From: a virus
Taxonomy: Duplodnaviria; Caudoviricetes
IMG/VR virus record: IMGVR_UViG_3300046784_000021
Span: 4,794 to 68,793 of that record
Length of the DNA: 64,000 bases
Reading direction: 5' to 3' (one strand)
Shown here piece after piece: positions 7,879 through 17,691 of this stretch; position 1 is the stretch's first letter; every line of letters starts with the position of its first letter. Under the pieces are notes generated by a model. The model was not told the origin of the DNA, did no database searches, and saw only the letters and a list, made by a program, of their open reading frames with translations. The translations under genes were made by a program, and so were the position numbers.

Positions 7879-9234
7879 ATGCTTCACGCCGTACCCGACA
7901 CCCACGACGGCCCTGTCGACCGCGTCCCACCGAGCAACCTCGACGCCGAGCAGTCCGTCCTCGGCGGCATGCTGCTCTCCAGGGCCGCGATCGCCGACGT
8001 AGCCGACGTCCTCGACCCGGCCGACTTCTACCGCCCCGCGCACGAGACGATTTACCGCGCGATCCTCGCCATGCACGCAGACGGCGAGCCCGCCGACCCC
8101 ATCACGGTGGCCGCCCGGCTACGGAAAGACGGCGACCTGGAACGCGTCGGCGGCCCCAGCTACCTCCACGCCTGCGTGAGCACCGTCCCCGCCGCCGCCA
8201 GCACCGAGTACTACGCCGACATCGTCCGGAACCTCGCCATGCTCCGCCGCATCGTCGAGACCGGCACACACCTCGCCCAAATGGGCTACGCCGCCCGCCA
8301 CGACCCCGAACAAGCCGCAGAGGTACTCGACGCCGCAGCCGCCCACCTGCAAGCCCTCACAGCCGCCACAGCAGGCCGCACAGAATCCCGCGAATGGCTC
8401 CTCGACAAAGTCATCGACGACGTCCTCACCGACTACGACCGCCCCGCCGGCGACAACCTCCCACTGCCCTGGCGGGACATGACAGAAAAAGCCCCGATGG
8501 AACCCGGAGACTTCGTCGTCGTCGCCGCCCGCCCCGCCATGGGCAAGACTCTGGTCCTCCTGGAAATCGCCCGGCACGCCGCCATACGACACGGCCGCGG
8601 CGCGCTCATCGCAAGCATGGAGATGTCCCACCGGCAGATGGGCCAGCGGATCCTCGTCGCCGAGGCCGGCGTGTCCCTCGCCCGATTCCGAGCCCGAGAG
8701 CTGGACCCGAACGAACGCGAAGCGGTCGACGAGGCCGCCGGGCGGATCCTCACCGCGCCGCTGCGGATCGACGACACCCCAGCTGTGCCAATCTCGAAAT
8801 GGCGCGCCCGGTTACGCCAGCTCCAGGCGGAGGGGCAGCTGCCGGCGGTGCTGATCGTCGACTACCTCCAGATCGCGAAGGCGGAGACCGCGTCCGGCAC
8901 GAACCGCACCGGCGAAGTCGACTCGCTCGCGGCCGGGATGAAAGCGCTGGCGCAGGAGTTCGGCATCGTCGTCATCGCGGCGGCGCAGCTGAACCGGCAG
9001 GTCGAACTCCGGCAGGACAAGACCCCGACGCTCGCTGATCTGCGCGAGTCCGGCGCGATCGAGGCGAACGCCAACATCGTGATCATGCTGCACCGGCCCG
9101 ACTACTACGAACCCGAATCACCCCGCGCCGGGGAAATCGACCTGATCATCGGCAAAAACCGCATGGGCACAACCGGCATCGTGACATGTGCGTTCCAGGG
9201 CAGGCGGGCCAGAGTCGTGGACATGGGCCGATGA
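7879..9234 (+). CDS. dnaB: Replicative DNA helicase DnaB
   Basis: PPSNLDAEQSVLGGMLL, AARPAMGKT Walker A, IVDYLQI, QLNR, LADLRESGAIE, KNRMG. Confidence 0.97.
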   Translation: MLHAVPDTHDGPVDRVPPSNLDAEQSVLGGMLLSRAAIADVADVLDPADFYRPAHETIYRAILAMHADGEPADPITVAARLRKDGDLERVGGPSYLHACVSTVPAAASTEYYADIVRNLAMLRRIVETGTHLAQMGYAARHDPEQAAEVLDAAAAHLQALTAATAGRTESREWLLDKVIDDVLTDYDRPAGDNLPLPWRDMTEKAPMEPGDFVVVAARPAMGKTLVLLEIARHAAIRHGRGALIASMEMSHRQMGQRILVAEAGVSLARFRARELDPNEREAVDEAAGRILTAPLRIDDTPAVPISKWRARLRQLQAEGQLPAVLIVDYLQIAKAETASGTNRTGEVDSLAAGMKALAQEFGIVVIAAAQLNRQVELRQDKTPTLADLRESGAIEANANIVIMLHRPDYYEPESPRAGEIDLIIGKNRMGTTGIVTCAFQGRRARVVDMGR

Positions 9235-9299
9235 GCCGCCCGCGACGCCCCGCCGCCCGCCCGAAGCGAGCAGAAGCCCGCCACACCCCCACGGCCCGG

Positions 9300-9851
9300 C
9301 TACCGCGCGGGGACCGCCCACTCCTTGGGCTCAGCCGCCCCGGCAGGCGTATACACAACTCGCTCCGGCCAACCGGACCCCGGCACAACGAACGGGATCT
9401 TCCCTCTGAGGCAGTCCCCACCCTTTATGACCGTTTCGTCGAGGGGGTACTCGGGTTTCGGCATGTCGCCACCGCCAAGAGTCGTGACCTGGACGCGGGT
9501 GCCGTCCGAGTAGGCCAGCGACCAAGGGAACCGCGACGCAGAGATGTTGTAGCCGCCTGCGTTGCACACCTTCACCTCGGCGGTCGCCCACACGCCGTCT
9601 TCCAGCCCTGGGCGCTTCCCTGGGGCCTCCAGGCCGGTGACGGGTTGGGTGTAGGCGAGGACGCTGGTAGTACCGGCGACGTCCGGATCGGAGAACTTCC
9701 ATCGCCATGGTGTCCCGAGCGCCAGCGGCTTGTCGGCGGTCGGGGTGCGCGAAGGGCCGGGCTTGTCGGATCTTGGCTGATTGCTGGTGCAGGCAGCGAG
9801 CAACAAGACGGCGGCAGCGGCGGCGGCAGACGCCGCGATTCGGATGCGCAT
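9300..9851 (-). CDS. Lipoprotein
   Basis: Signal peptide with lipobox LLLAAC; beta-rich mature domain. Confidence 0.75.
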   Translation of the reverse strand: MRIRIAASAAAAAAVLLLAACTSNQPRSDKPGPSRTPTADKPLALGTPWRWKFSDPDVAGTTSVLAYTQPVTGLEAPGKRPGLEDGVWATAEVKVCNAGGYNISASRFPWSLAYSDGTRVQVTTLGGGDMPKPEYPLDETVIKGGDCLRGKIPFVVPGSGWPERVVYTPAGAAEPKEWAVPAR

Positions 9852-10155
9852 GATCCCCCCTGGGATTGGTGACGGTCGAATCATGCCGTGAACACCGCCC
9901 GCCGCCAGCCGAGTTGACAAACGCCCGCACGCGCCGCGTCAAGCCCGGCCGCGAACTGTGCGACGGATGCGACGTCCCTCCGCCGAGCGACGAAGAGCTC
10001 GCCGCGGCCATCGCCCAAGCCACCGCAGCAGCGACAGCCGCACCCGCCCCGTTCTGACCAGCCGCACCGCATGACCTGCGGTTTTGCCGTCAAAAGGCTA
10101 CCGATCAAGGCCAGTTACACGAGACAATGAACCCACACAAACCAGGAGAAAAAAC

Positions 10156-10647
10156 GTGACCGGCATCAGCCCCGTCGACACCGTCCGAGGACTCACGATC
10201 AAGCAGCCGTGGGCGTTCGCTATCGCCGAAGGCTTCAAGACTGTTGAGAACCGCAGCCGCCGAACCAACTACCGCGGCCGACTGCTCATCCACGCTGGCC
10301 TCGCCGTCGACCACACCGTCCCGATCGTTCGCTACAGCAGGGATGCCGCGATCCGCTTCGACGAGCTCGGTGGACCCCTCAACTTCTGGGACGCCCGCAC
10401 CATCGTCCCCAGCGCCTTCTACAAGCCGCAGCCCACCCTCTCCCTCGCAGCGGTCATTGCCACCGCGCGCCTAGCTGGTTGCCACGAGGCCATCGACGGC
10501 TGCTGCGCCCCGTGGGGATTCCCGGACCAGTGGCACTGGGAACTCGCCGACATCCAGCCCCTGGAGCGGGTTGTTGCTAAGGCCGGAGCCCTCGGCCTGT
10601 GGAAGCCGGACGCCAAGCTGCTGACCGCCGTCGAGGAGGCCGCGTGA
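10156..10647 (+). CDS. ASCH-domain protein
   Basis: LTIKQPWAFAIAEGFKTVENRSRRTNYRGRLLIHAG signature; CAGGAG RBS. Confidence 0.9.
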   Translation: MTGISPVDTVRGLTIKQPWAFAIAEGFKTVENRSRRTNYRGRLLIHAGLAVDHTVPIVRYSRDAAIRFDELGGPLNFWDARTIVPSAFYKPQPTLSLAAVIATARLAGCHEAIDGCCAPWGFPDQWHWELADIQPLERVVAKAGALGLWKPDAKLLTAVEEAA

Positions 10648-10835
10648 GCGCCTACGCCACCGTCGCCTGCGACGGCGAGTCGACACCGATCGGCCGGTGC
10701 ATGTCTGAGGACACCCTTCCGTACCTCACCTCCACCGCCACCCAAGTCCGGGCCTATCTCAAGCAGCAGGGCTGGCACCGGACCCGCGGCGGCCGCGACA
10801 TCTGCCCCGACTGCTGGAAAGCCGGACACCGATGA
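10644..10835 (+). CDS. Small zinc-finger-like protein
   Basis: VAC...C and GWHRTRGGRDICPDC; GTGA overlap. Confidence 0.6.
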   Translation: MSAYATVACDGESTPIGRCMSEDTLPYLTSTATQVRAYLKQQGWHRTRGGRDICPDCWKAGHR

Positions 10836-11172
10836 CCGCCGCCCGGGTCGGCCTGGCGCTGCTCACCGGCTACTCGGTGACGCCCAGCGAGGGGGAGCGT
10901 GCCGTCGCGGCGGCGGAAGCATGAGCGCCGAGACCGGACCTTTCCCCGGCGACGCGGGCAACCTTGAAATCTCCAGCCCCAAATTCAAGGCTGCGGCGCG
11001 GCCGCACGGCAAGCCGTGGCCACGGCTAGCTCTCGAGGCTGCGGGCCGGTAACAAAATCGATGCGCCCCACCCCGACCCATACAGGCGTGCAAGCCGTAC
11101 GCAATGATGAGACACGGCCCTACCGACACGACTCCTTCGAACAGCACCGGGCCACGAGTAGAAGGAACCGAC

Positions 11173-12129
11173 ATGAACATCACGCCGCAGCAGGAAAACC
11201 TGCTGACGCTCTGCGCGCTCCACCACGGCACCGCCACCGTCGACTGGCACCTCATCGCCAGAACTTGCCAATCCGAAGCCGGGCTAGACGCACTGCTCGC
11301 CGGTGAGATCCCGGAAGACTCCGCCGCCGCCCGGAAGTCCCTGCCCATCCTCCGCGGCGGCCTCGAAGACCAGGAACAGGCTCGCGCCCTCGTGGCGGAC
11401 CACCTGGAAGCCGCCGCACAGGTCGGCGCCCGCTTAGTGACGGTCCTTGACGAGAACTACCCGGCAAACCTGCGGCTGGTGCCCAACCTGCCGCCGTTCC
11501 TCTTCCACCTGGGGAACCTCGAACCCCGCGACGCCCGCTCTATCGCGGTCGTCGGCACCCGGGGTGCCAGCGAGGACGGGCTCAAGCGCGCCGCGCGGAT
11601 GGCTCGTGACCTGGTCAAGCACGACGTGGTGATCGTCAGCGGCCTTGCCAAAGGCATTGACACCGCAGCGCACACCGCGACGCTCGAGGCCGGCGGACGC
11701 ACCGTGGCCGTGATGGGCACGGGAATCGCCGTCCGGGTGTACCCGGCGGAGAACCGGCCCCTGGCCAAGAAGATCGTCGAACAGGGCGGCGCGATCCTGT
11801 CCCAGTTCTGGCCCAAGAGCCCACCCGCGCGGTGGACGTTCCCCCGCAGGAACGTCGTCACCTCCGGCACCAGCATGGGCAGCGTCGTCATCGAGGCGTC
11901 CAGCACCTCAGGAGCGAAGATGCAGGCCAGGATCGCCGCAGAACACGGCAAGCAGGTGTTCCTGCTCCGCTCGCTGGCCGCAACACAGCCGTGGGCGGCG
12001 AAGATGATCGCCGACGGTCGCGCCGTTGAGGTCGCCGAATTGGACGACGTCATCAAGCGGCTTGGCCGCCCCGACCGTGTGCGGAAGGCCAGCCAGCAGC
12101 GCATCCAGTTAGCGTTGGCGGGTCTGTGA
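11173..12129 (+). CDS. dprA: DprA/Smf-like (SLOG) protein
   Basis: DENYPANL, SIAVVGTR, IVSGLAKGIDTAAH, FPRRNVVTSG, VIEASSTSGA; AAGGA RBS. Confidence 0.92.
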   Translation: MNITPQQENLLTLCALHHGTATVDWHLIARTCQSEAGLDALLAGEIPEDSAAARKSLPILRGGLEDQEQARALVADHLEAAAQVGARLVTVLDENYPANLRLVPNLPPFLFHLGNLEPRDARSIAVVGTRGASEDGLKRAARMARDLVKHDVVIVSGLAKGIDTAAHTATLEAGGRTVAVMGTGIAVRVYPAENRPLAKKIVEQGGAILSQFWPKSPPARWTFPRRNVVTSGTSMGSVVIEASSTSGAKMQARIAAEHGKQVFLLRSLAATQPWAAKMIADGRAVEVAELDDVIKRLGRPDRVRKASQQRIQLALAGL

Positions 12130-12881
12130 GCTACGAACTCCCTAAGCCGCTTGGCTTCCCTCGGTGCGCCTTATGCGTCTACCGCTTCAACGGCACGCCG
12201 CGGATCTGTAGCGACTGCGCGGGCAAGACACTCGAGCCGGTCCCAGACGATCACTGCCCGGTGTGTTCGCAGGCCCTCGCCCCAGGCTCATCCTGCTGGA
12301 ACAATTTATGCCGGTGGGTGGAGGGCAAAGGGCGTCGCAAGCGGAGCATCACCAGGATCGACGCGGTGACTCAGCACACGGGACCGTTCCGTTCCAAGCT
12401 GTGGGACTTCAAGAACACCCATGGACACGAGATGTGGGGCGGGATCTTCGGGCGGCTGCTTGTCGGCTGGCTGGACAGCCACGCAGGCGCGGTGTCCGAC
12501 ATTGACATGATCGTCGGCAACCCCACCCACGCCGAGCGGAAACCGTTGCGGCACATAGAGGCGATCATGGCAGCGGCGTACACCGAGGACGCTCTCGAAC
12601 GGTGGCCTTTCGCTGTTCCGGAGAAACCGGCGCTGGTGAAGACAATGCCGACTGCCGCGTCTAAGTCGGGATCCTTCTCCCAGAAGGAAGAAGCGGCGTG
12701 GGAGCACGTCATGGCGATCCAACGCAGCCAGACCGCCGACTTCACGGATAAGAAGGTCCTCCTGATAGACGACGTGTGCACCACCGGGCTCCAGCTGAAC
12801 TACCTGGCGTACCGGCTCCTGGCCTTCGGGGCGACCGAGGTCCGGGCGCTGGTACTCGCGCGAGCTCCCTGGCGCAACTGA
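12126..12881 (+). CDS. ComF-like phosphoribosyltransferase with N-terminal Cys clusters
   Basis: VLLIDDVCTTGLQL PRPP-binding loop; CxxC motifs; GTGA overlap with dprA. Confidence 0.88.
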   Translation: MSYELPKPLGFPRCALCVYRFNGTPRICSDCAGKTLEPVPDDHCPVCSQALAPGSSCWNNLCRWVEGKGRRKRSITRIDAVTQHTGPFRSKLWDFKNTHGHEMWGGIFGRLLVGWLDSHAGAVSDIDMIVGNPTHAERKPLRHIEAIMAAAYTEDALERWPFAVPEKPALVKTMPTAASKSGSFSQKEEAAWEHVMAIQRSQTADFTDKKVLLIDDVCTTGLQLNYLAYRLLAFGATEVRALVLARAPWRN

Positions 12882-12908
12882 ACGGCCTCAGCCGCCACGT
12901 CTCGGACA

Positions 12909-12948
12909 CGCTGGTGCCCCGCCGTCCACAGCCGGCGGGGCACCAGCG
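12909..12948. terminator. Bidirectional hairpin between convergent operons
   Basis: CGCTGGTGCCCCGCCG...CGGCGGGGCACCAGCG. Confidence 0.7.
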
Positions 12949-13012
12949 ATGATCTAAGTTTCAAAAACTGGCCCTCATTTGAGGCGCTCTTTTTGAAACC
13001 GCGTGTCTGGGG

Positions 13013-13801
13013 TCAGAGGCTCGGCAGTGCCGGTATCGCCTGGGCCAGCCACCACCCAGGCTCCGTCGTGAAGTGCGGTGCCGGATGCGTCTCCCACCAG
13101 GAGCGGACCGCCGTCGTGCGCACGGTCTCGCCGCTGCGCTTGTCGAGGTACTCCACCGGCCGCTGCCCGGTGAGCCTGACCGAGACACGGCCGCGTTTGC
13201 AGCCGTCCGGGTAGTCGTTCCAGTTCACCCCGGCCTCGGACCACAGCAGCTCCTGCATGCCGCCTGTGTTCACGCCGTGCAGCCGCTTGTGGGAGAAGTG
13301 GGCCTGCGCCGCCATCGAGATGCTGTTGCGGACCGCGTCGCGCTGCCGCCACAGGAAGTAGTTCGCCACCTCCACCGGATCGGACAACGTGAAGACCCGG
13401 GCGTCGAACAGCGCCCGCTTCCCCCGCCGCCGTTCGTTGAGGACGGCGGTGGCCAGCGACGCGGCGATGGTGACCTGTTTGGCGACGACGCCGCCGAACC
13501 ACGGCTCGGTGCCGGCAGACGCGAAGTCAGTGAATAGGACGCTGACCTCGTCCGACTGTGTGTATGCGAAGCGCGCGCCGGAGATCTCCGCGCAGAGGGC
13601 TTCGGCGACGGCGTCCATGTCGGCCATGAACTCCTCGTCGAAGGGCCTGGCACAGCCGCGCAGGTAGGAGTGGAAGGCGCGGCCGTCGATACGGAGCAGG
13701 GTGTAAGTCCGGCGCGGGAGAACCGCCCGGTGAGCGGCCTCATAGCGCTTCATGCGATCGCCCAGCGCGGTCTTGTCGGTCGTGGTCGTGGGAGTCACCA
13801 T
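13013..13801 (-). CDS. thg1: tRNA(His) guanylyltransferase Thg1-like protein (3'-5' polymerase)
   Basis: LGDRMKRYE, LRIDGRAFH, YTQSDEVS, FDARVF, YFLWRQRDAVRNSI. Confidence 0.93.
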   Translation of the reverse strand: MVTPTTTTDKTALGDRMKRYEAAHRAVLPRRTYTLLRIDGRAFHSYLRGCARPFDEEFMADMDAVAEALCAEISGARFAYTQSDEVSVLFTDFASAGTEPWFGGVVAKQVTIAASLATAVLNERRRGKRALFDARVFTLSDPVEVANYFLWRQRDAVRNSISMAAQAHFSHKRLHGVNTGGMQELLWSEAGVNWNDYPDGCKRGRVSVRLTGQRPVEYLDKRSGETVRTTAVRSWWETHPAPHFTTEPGWWLAQAIPALPSL

Positions 13802-13804
13802 CGG

Positions 13805-14170
13805 TCAGCTCTCCTCGGCGGTGGCAGGGGCGGCGGTTGGCGTGCGGGGACCGCCGCTGTACGGGACGGCGTGGCCAGCGGCGATGAGGTCGGCGTTCAA
13901 GCACGCCCCGTCAGCCGAGCGGACCGTGCCGAGATACCGGCCGTACTTCTCGCGTTTCGTCGTCTCCAGCAGGTACGGCCCGGGGTGCCCGGCGAGCCAC
14001 GCCGCCGTGAATGCGGTTGCGGCGGCCCCTGCTGGGGTGTGCTTTTCGGGGGCGTCCAGGCCGGTGAGGCGGACCGTCTGCTCGACGCTCACGCTGAACC
14101 CGAGGTCGATGGCGAGCTGGAGCGTGTCCGCGTCGACTACGCGGATCAGCCGGGCGCGGTACTGGTACAT
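13805..14170 (-). CDS. Thermonuclease (SNase-like)
   Basis: RVVDADTL, VRLTGLDAPE, EKYGRYLG, LNADLIAAGHAVPYSGG. Confidence 0.88.
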   Translation of the reverse strand: MYQYRARLIRVVDADTLQLAIDLGFSVSVEQTVRLTGLDAPEKHTPAGAAATAFTAAWLAGHPGPYLLETTKREKYGRYLGTVRSADGACLNADLIAAGHAVPYSGGPRTPTAAPATAEES

Positions 14171-16044
14171 CAGGCGTCCTTGGGGTAGTTGACGGTGCGA
14201 CCGTCGAGTGCGGCGCGGATGCAGGCGATCGCGTGGGCTTGCGGGATGTCGCTGAGGCCGATGGTGGTGGACCAGCGGCTGGCGGTGGCCTCGGCGACCC
14301 GTAGACGCTGCTCGGCCTTCTCGGCCTTGGCCTTCCAGGTTTCGCGTCCGGCGGCGAGCTGCTTCATTCGCCGGTCCCGCACGGCGAGCACGGCGTCGAG
14401 CAGCGGTGCAGGACTGGCTGCGTCCGGGTCGTCGATGAGGAGTGAGTGGATCATGCGTAGCGCCGCCGCGCCTTGGACGCACAGCTCGTGCGTGGGGTCC
14501 ACCGGGTGGCAGCAGATCCATTCGGCCGTGACGTGGTGCTTGGCCGCTTGCCACAGGAATGTCGCGTACTGCTCGCGCAGCCCGGCATCCGGGGCGGTCG
14601 TGCGTCGCGTCACCTTGCGCACCGGCGGGTTGCCGCTGGCGAGCAGCTCGTTGATCGCGGCGACGGTCTCCGGGGCCAGTGGTGCGTTCACCGCGTCCCG
14701 GTAGGCGTGATCGGCATCCGGGGCGCTGCCGTGGTCGGCGTGCTGCATGACCATGGCGAGGAGCCGCTCGCGGACACCGCAACCGTCAACCCGCGGAGCA
14801 CCGACGGCCAGATCATCCGCGTACTCCCGCACGTCGGCGGCCAGCCCCTCGTAATCGGCTCGGAGCGCGTCGTGCTGGTCGGGATGCACGCACGCATCCG
14901 AATGCCCATCGCCCGGGACAGCCACCTCCACCGGCGTGCCCTCGGCCAGCATTTTGTCGAACTCGGCCTCGGTGACGTCCTCATCGTCGAGGATCCCGTC
15001 GAGCATGTCGCGCAGCACCGCGGCTTGTGCCCGGTCGAGGGTGATACCGCCTACCTCTCGGCCGTCGCCGTCCAGCCAGGGGATGCGCACGGTGTCGCCA
15101 GCAGCGTCGACGGTCTCCGCCCACGGGTATGCGGGCGGTTCGCTGTCCTCGGCGGGTAGCCCGTCCTCACCAACCAGCATGTGGCCGTGCTGGAGGTACC
15201 AGACGTCCGCGTACCCGAGCGTGCCGCCCTGGCAGGCCATCTGCGGCGGGCAGGACAGGGCGGCGCCAGGGCGGGCGAGGCAGAGGCACAGGTGCCAGTG
15301 GTTCGGGCCGTGATGGACGGGAGTCTGGCATTCGGTCCCGGGCAGGTGGTGCGGGTGCGAGCAGTTCGGGCAGGCGGTCTGATCGGTCACGGTCACTCCT
15401 GGTGGCTGGTGCGGGCAGTCGGGGTCGGTCTCCGGCGTGGCGTCGAGGAGCCGCCCGGGGTGCTCGTGCACGTAGGCGACGACGTTGCGGGGCAGGACGA
15501 GAGGCGGCCGAGTGACGTGCTTCTCGCCTGCCTCGAACACGGCCTCCACCTCGGCCGGGTCCTCGTCCGGCTCGTTGAAGGTCACCCGGCCGGAAGCGGA
15601 CGCTGCAGGGGGCCCGGCCACCAGTTGCGGGCCCATCCCCGCAGCTGCTGTCCATTCGTCGGCGACGTCGGAGTAGGCGGCGAACTCTTCGCTCAAGCGC
15701 TTCGTCCTCTCCTTGATCACTTTGGCGGCACCGCCAAAGTGAAGCCCGCGCACGTGTTGCCGTATCCGGTCGTACTTCTGTTCGGTGGTGTGCCCGTCCC
15801 ACTGGGCGCGCGGGTCGTCCGGCTCGACGCGCTCGACGTGCGCGAACAGGTCGGCGTCGCGAGGCGCGATGTGCCAGGACATCTGCTGGTCGTCGGCGGC
15901 GAGGTACACGATCTGCCAGCCCGGCTCGTCCACGTCGGGCGCGGGCGTGATCACGGCCGGGTAGACGGCGGCGAGCCAGGCGACAAGGTGCGCGCGCTCG
16001 CGGTACGCGGCGTCAAGCTGCTGCTCGGGCGTGGGGTCAGTCAT
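14170..16044 (-). CDS. Large mosaic hypothetical protein
   Basis: 624-aa ORF, coupled to both neighbours, several Cys/His patches. Confidence 0.65.
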   Translation of the reverse strand: MTDPTPEQQLDAAYRERAHLVAWLAAVYPAVITPAPDVDEPGWQIVYLAADDQQMSWHIAPRDADLFAHVERVEPDDPRAQWDGHTTEQKYDRIRQHVRGLHFGGAAKVIKERTKRLSEEFAAYSDVADEWTAAAGMGPQLVAGPPAASASGRVTFNEPDEDPAEVEAVFEAGEKHVTRPPLVLPRNVVAYVHEHPGRLLDATPETDPDCPHQPPGVTVTDQTACPNCSHPHHLPGTECQTPVHHGPNHWHLCLCLARPGAALSCPPQMACQGGTLGYADVWYLQHGHMLVGEDGLPAEDSEPPAYPWAETVDAAGDTVRIPWLDGDGREVGGITLDRAQAAVLRDMLDGILDDEDVTEAEFDKMLAEGTPVEVAVPGDGHSDACVHPDQHDALRADYEGLAADVREYADDLAVGAPRVDGCGVRERLLAMVMQHADHGSAPDADHAYRDAVNAPLAPETVAAINELLASGNPPVRKVTRRTTAPDAGLREQYATFLWQAAKHHVTAEWICCHPVDPTHELCVQGAAALRMIHSLLIDDPDAASPAPLLDAVLAVRDRRMKQLAAGRETWKAKAEKAEQRLRVAEATASRWSTTIGLSDIPQAHAIACIRAALDGRTVNYPKDA

Positions 16045-16343
16045 CAGCTGGTCTCCTTGGGCTGTTCGAGGCGGGCGGGCAGGGTGATCTCGTCCAGGAG
16101 CAGCAGTCCGAGGCGCAGCGCGACGGTGGAGGCGTGCGTGCGGTCGGCAACGCCGAGCTTCCGGTAGGTCTTCGCGAGCAGCGAGTTGACCGTGTCCGGG
16201 CTGACGCCGAGCTGGCGGGCGATGGCCCGGTTGGTGTGACCGTTGGCCGCGAGGCGAAGGAACTGGAGCTCACGGCGGGTGACGGGGTACCGGGGCACGG
16301 CCGGGTTTCTGGGGCCGCGGTTGACGGCGGCGGGCGCGGTCAT
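16044..16343 (-). CDS. LuxR/GerE-type HTH regulator
   Basis: TRRELQFLRLAANGHTNRAIARQLGVSPDTVNSLLAKTYRKLGV. Confidence 0.85.
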   Translation of the reverse strand: MTAPAAVNRGPRNPAVPRYPVTRRELQFLRLAANGHTNRAIARQLGVSPDTVNSLLAKTYRKLGVADRTHASTVALRLGLLLLDEITLPARLEQPKETS

Positions 16344-16714
16344 GCCGTCCACCGCCTCGTGGGTATGCCAGCGGCTTCCGCCAGGTCGGCGCAGCCCGTC
16401 GCACCCCGGCTGCTGTTGCGGATGAACGCGAGGCAGATGTCCGCGCCGAGGTCGACCATCGCCTTGTTCCGGAGCGGCCCGGCGGCACGCCCGTTCCCGC
16501 GCCAGCGCGCGGGGTGCATCTCCTCGGTCAGCCCGATGATCCTGTGGCGGACGGTCCAGCGGGAGGCGATGGCGTCTGCGCCGGTCGGGCACGCGCCGTG
16601 AACGATGACCGCGGGCACGTTCTGGTAGACGGCCATGGCGAGCGCGCTTTCGACGGTGAGCTCGTCGTCCCAGTCGCGGGAGCCGGTGACGAGGATCCGG
16701 TACGGCGCGGTCAC
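16340..16714 (-). CDS. SLOG-family protein (DUF2493/YspA-like)
   Basis: ILVTGSRDW, IVHGACPTGAD, AAGPLRNKAMV. Confidence 0.85.
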   Translation of the reverse strand: MTAPYRILVTGSRDWDDELTVESALAMAVYQNVPAVIVHGACPTGADAIASRWTVRHRIIGLTEEMHPARWRGNGRAAGPLRNKAMVDLGADICLAFIRNSSRGATGCADLAEAAGIPTRRWTA

Positions 16715-17076
16715 CGCTGTGCCTCCTCGCCGAGGACGACGCGGGCGGCGGCCTTGGCCTCGTTTGAGGCGCTGCGGTGCCCGAACTCGGCGAGCGTGTA
16801 CCGCTCCTGCCGCGCTTCACGCTCCAGCCAGTCGGCGACCGCCAGGCCTACGAGCGGGTGCATGGCGGCGATGTACGCGGCGTCGGAATCAGAGCCGGTC
16901 TCGCCATACTCGCCGGTCCAGGTGATCCAGTCAGCGTCGTTGACGCTGCCGACGCGGTGGCCGTAAGGGATCGAGGCGTCTGCAATCCACGGTCCTGGAG
17001 TAGTGGCGGTGGCGAGGGCGCGGAGTTTGTCGGCTGCGGCCTGGAGCAGCTCGGCGGCGGTACGGGTGTCGGTCAT
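16711..17076 (-). CDS. Phage hypothetical (Ead/Ea22-like N-terminus)
   Basis: ATTPGPW...DAAYIAAMHP. Confidence 0.65.
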   Translation of the reverse strand: MTDTRTAAELLQAAADKLRALATATTPGPWIADASIPYGHRVGSVNDADWITWTGEYGETGSDSDAAYIAAMHPLVGLAVADWLEREARQERYTLAEFGHRSASNEAKAAARVVLGEEAQR

Positions 17077-17209
17077 CTGTGGGTCTCCGTGGGCGTGTGG
17101 CGGGTTTTCAGGTGGCGGGTGGGGGGATTCGTCGCACTGGGGCGTCAGAGGCGCTCAGGCGGGCGTACACGCGTTCTGCGCATGCGGGTCCTTCGGGTTT
17201 GGTTGCGGA

Positions 17210-17533
17210 TCAGGCGGCGTCTTGGGCGGTTCGGTCCTCGGAGCGCCAGCGGTGGACGGTCCGCGGAGCGACGCAGACGATGCGGGCGATCTCAGCGGCC
17301 GGCAGTCCGATGGCGGTGAGCCGACGGGCGATGCGGCGCTGTTCGAGGCGAGTGAGCCCTCCGACGGCGCGGCGTTCACGGACGACGGTGTCGATGTCGT
17401 GGTCGTCTGCGGTCTGGTCGCCGTGGTGGGGGTCGCCGTGGCGGCGGATGCGGTTGTTGTGCATGTGGCAGACGCTGCGTCTGGGGGCCGCGGGTTTGGT
17501 GCAGTCGCGGATGCGGCAGGGGCGGGCGGTCAT
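17210..17533 (-). CDS. Zn-binding + HTH protein
   Basis: CxxxxC...CxxH then LPAAEIARIVCVAPRTVHRWR. Confidence 0.7.
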   Translation of the reverse strand: MTARPCRIRDCTKPAAPRRSVCHMHNNRIRRHGDPHHGDQTADDHDIDTVVRERRAVGGLTRLEQRRIARRLTAIGLPAAEIARIVCVAPRTVHRWRSEDRTAQDAA

Positions 17534-17691
17534 GACGCGGTCCTCCGGTTGTCGGGCTGGGTGTTCCAGGCGTCGCGTCGGGCGTCGTGGCTGGCGACGG
17601 CGAGTTTCCGTCCGCGGGGTGTGGTGCAGCGTTGACCGGCGGGGGCGTGGCACCAGGGACAGCGGATGGCCCACTCCGGCGGCTTCGTCAT
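17530..17691 (-). CDS. Small zinc-finger protein
   Basis: CPWCHAPAGQRC...H. Confidence 0.65.
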   Translation of the reverse strand: MTKPPEWAIRCPWCHAPAGQRCTTPRGRKLAVASHDARRDAWNTQPDNRRTAS

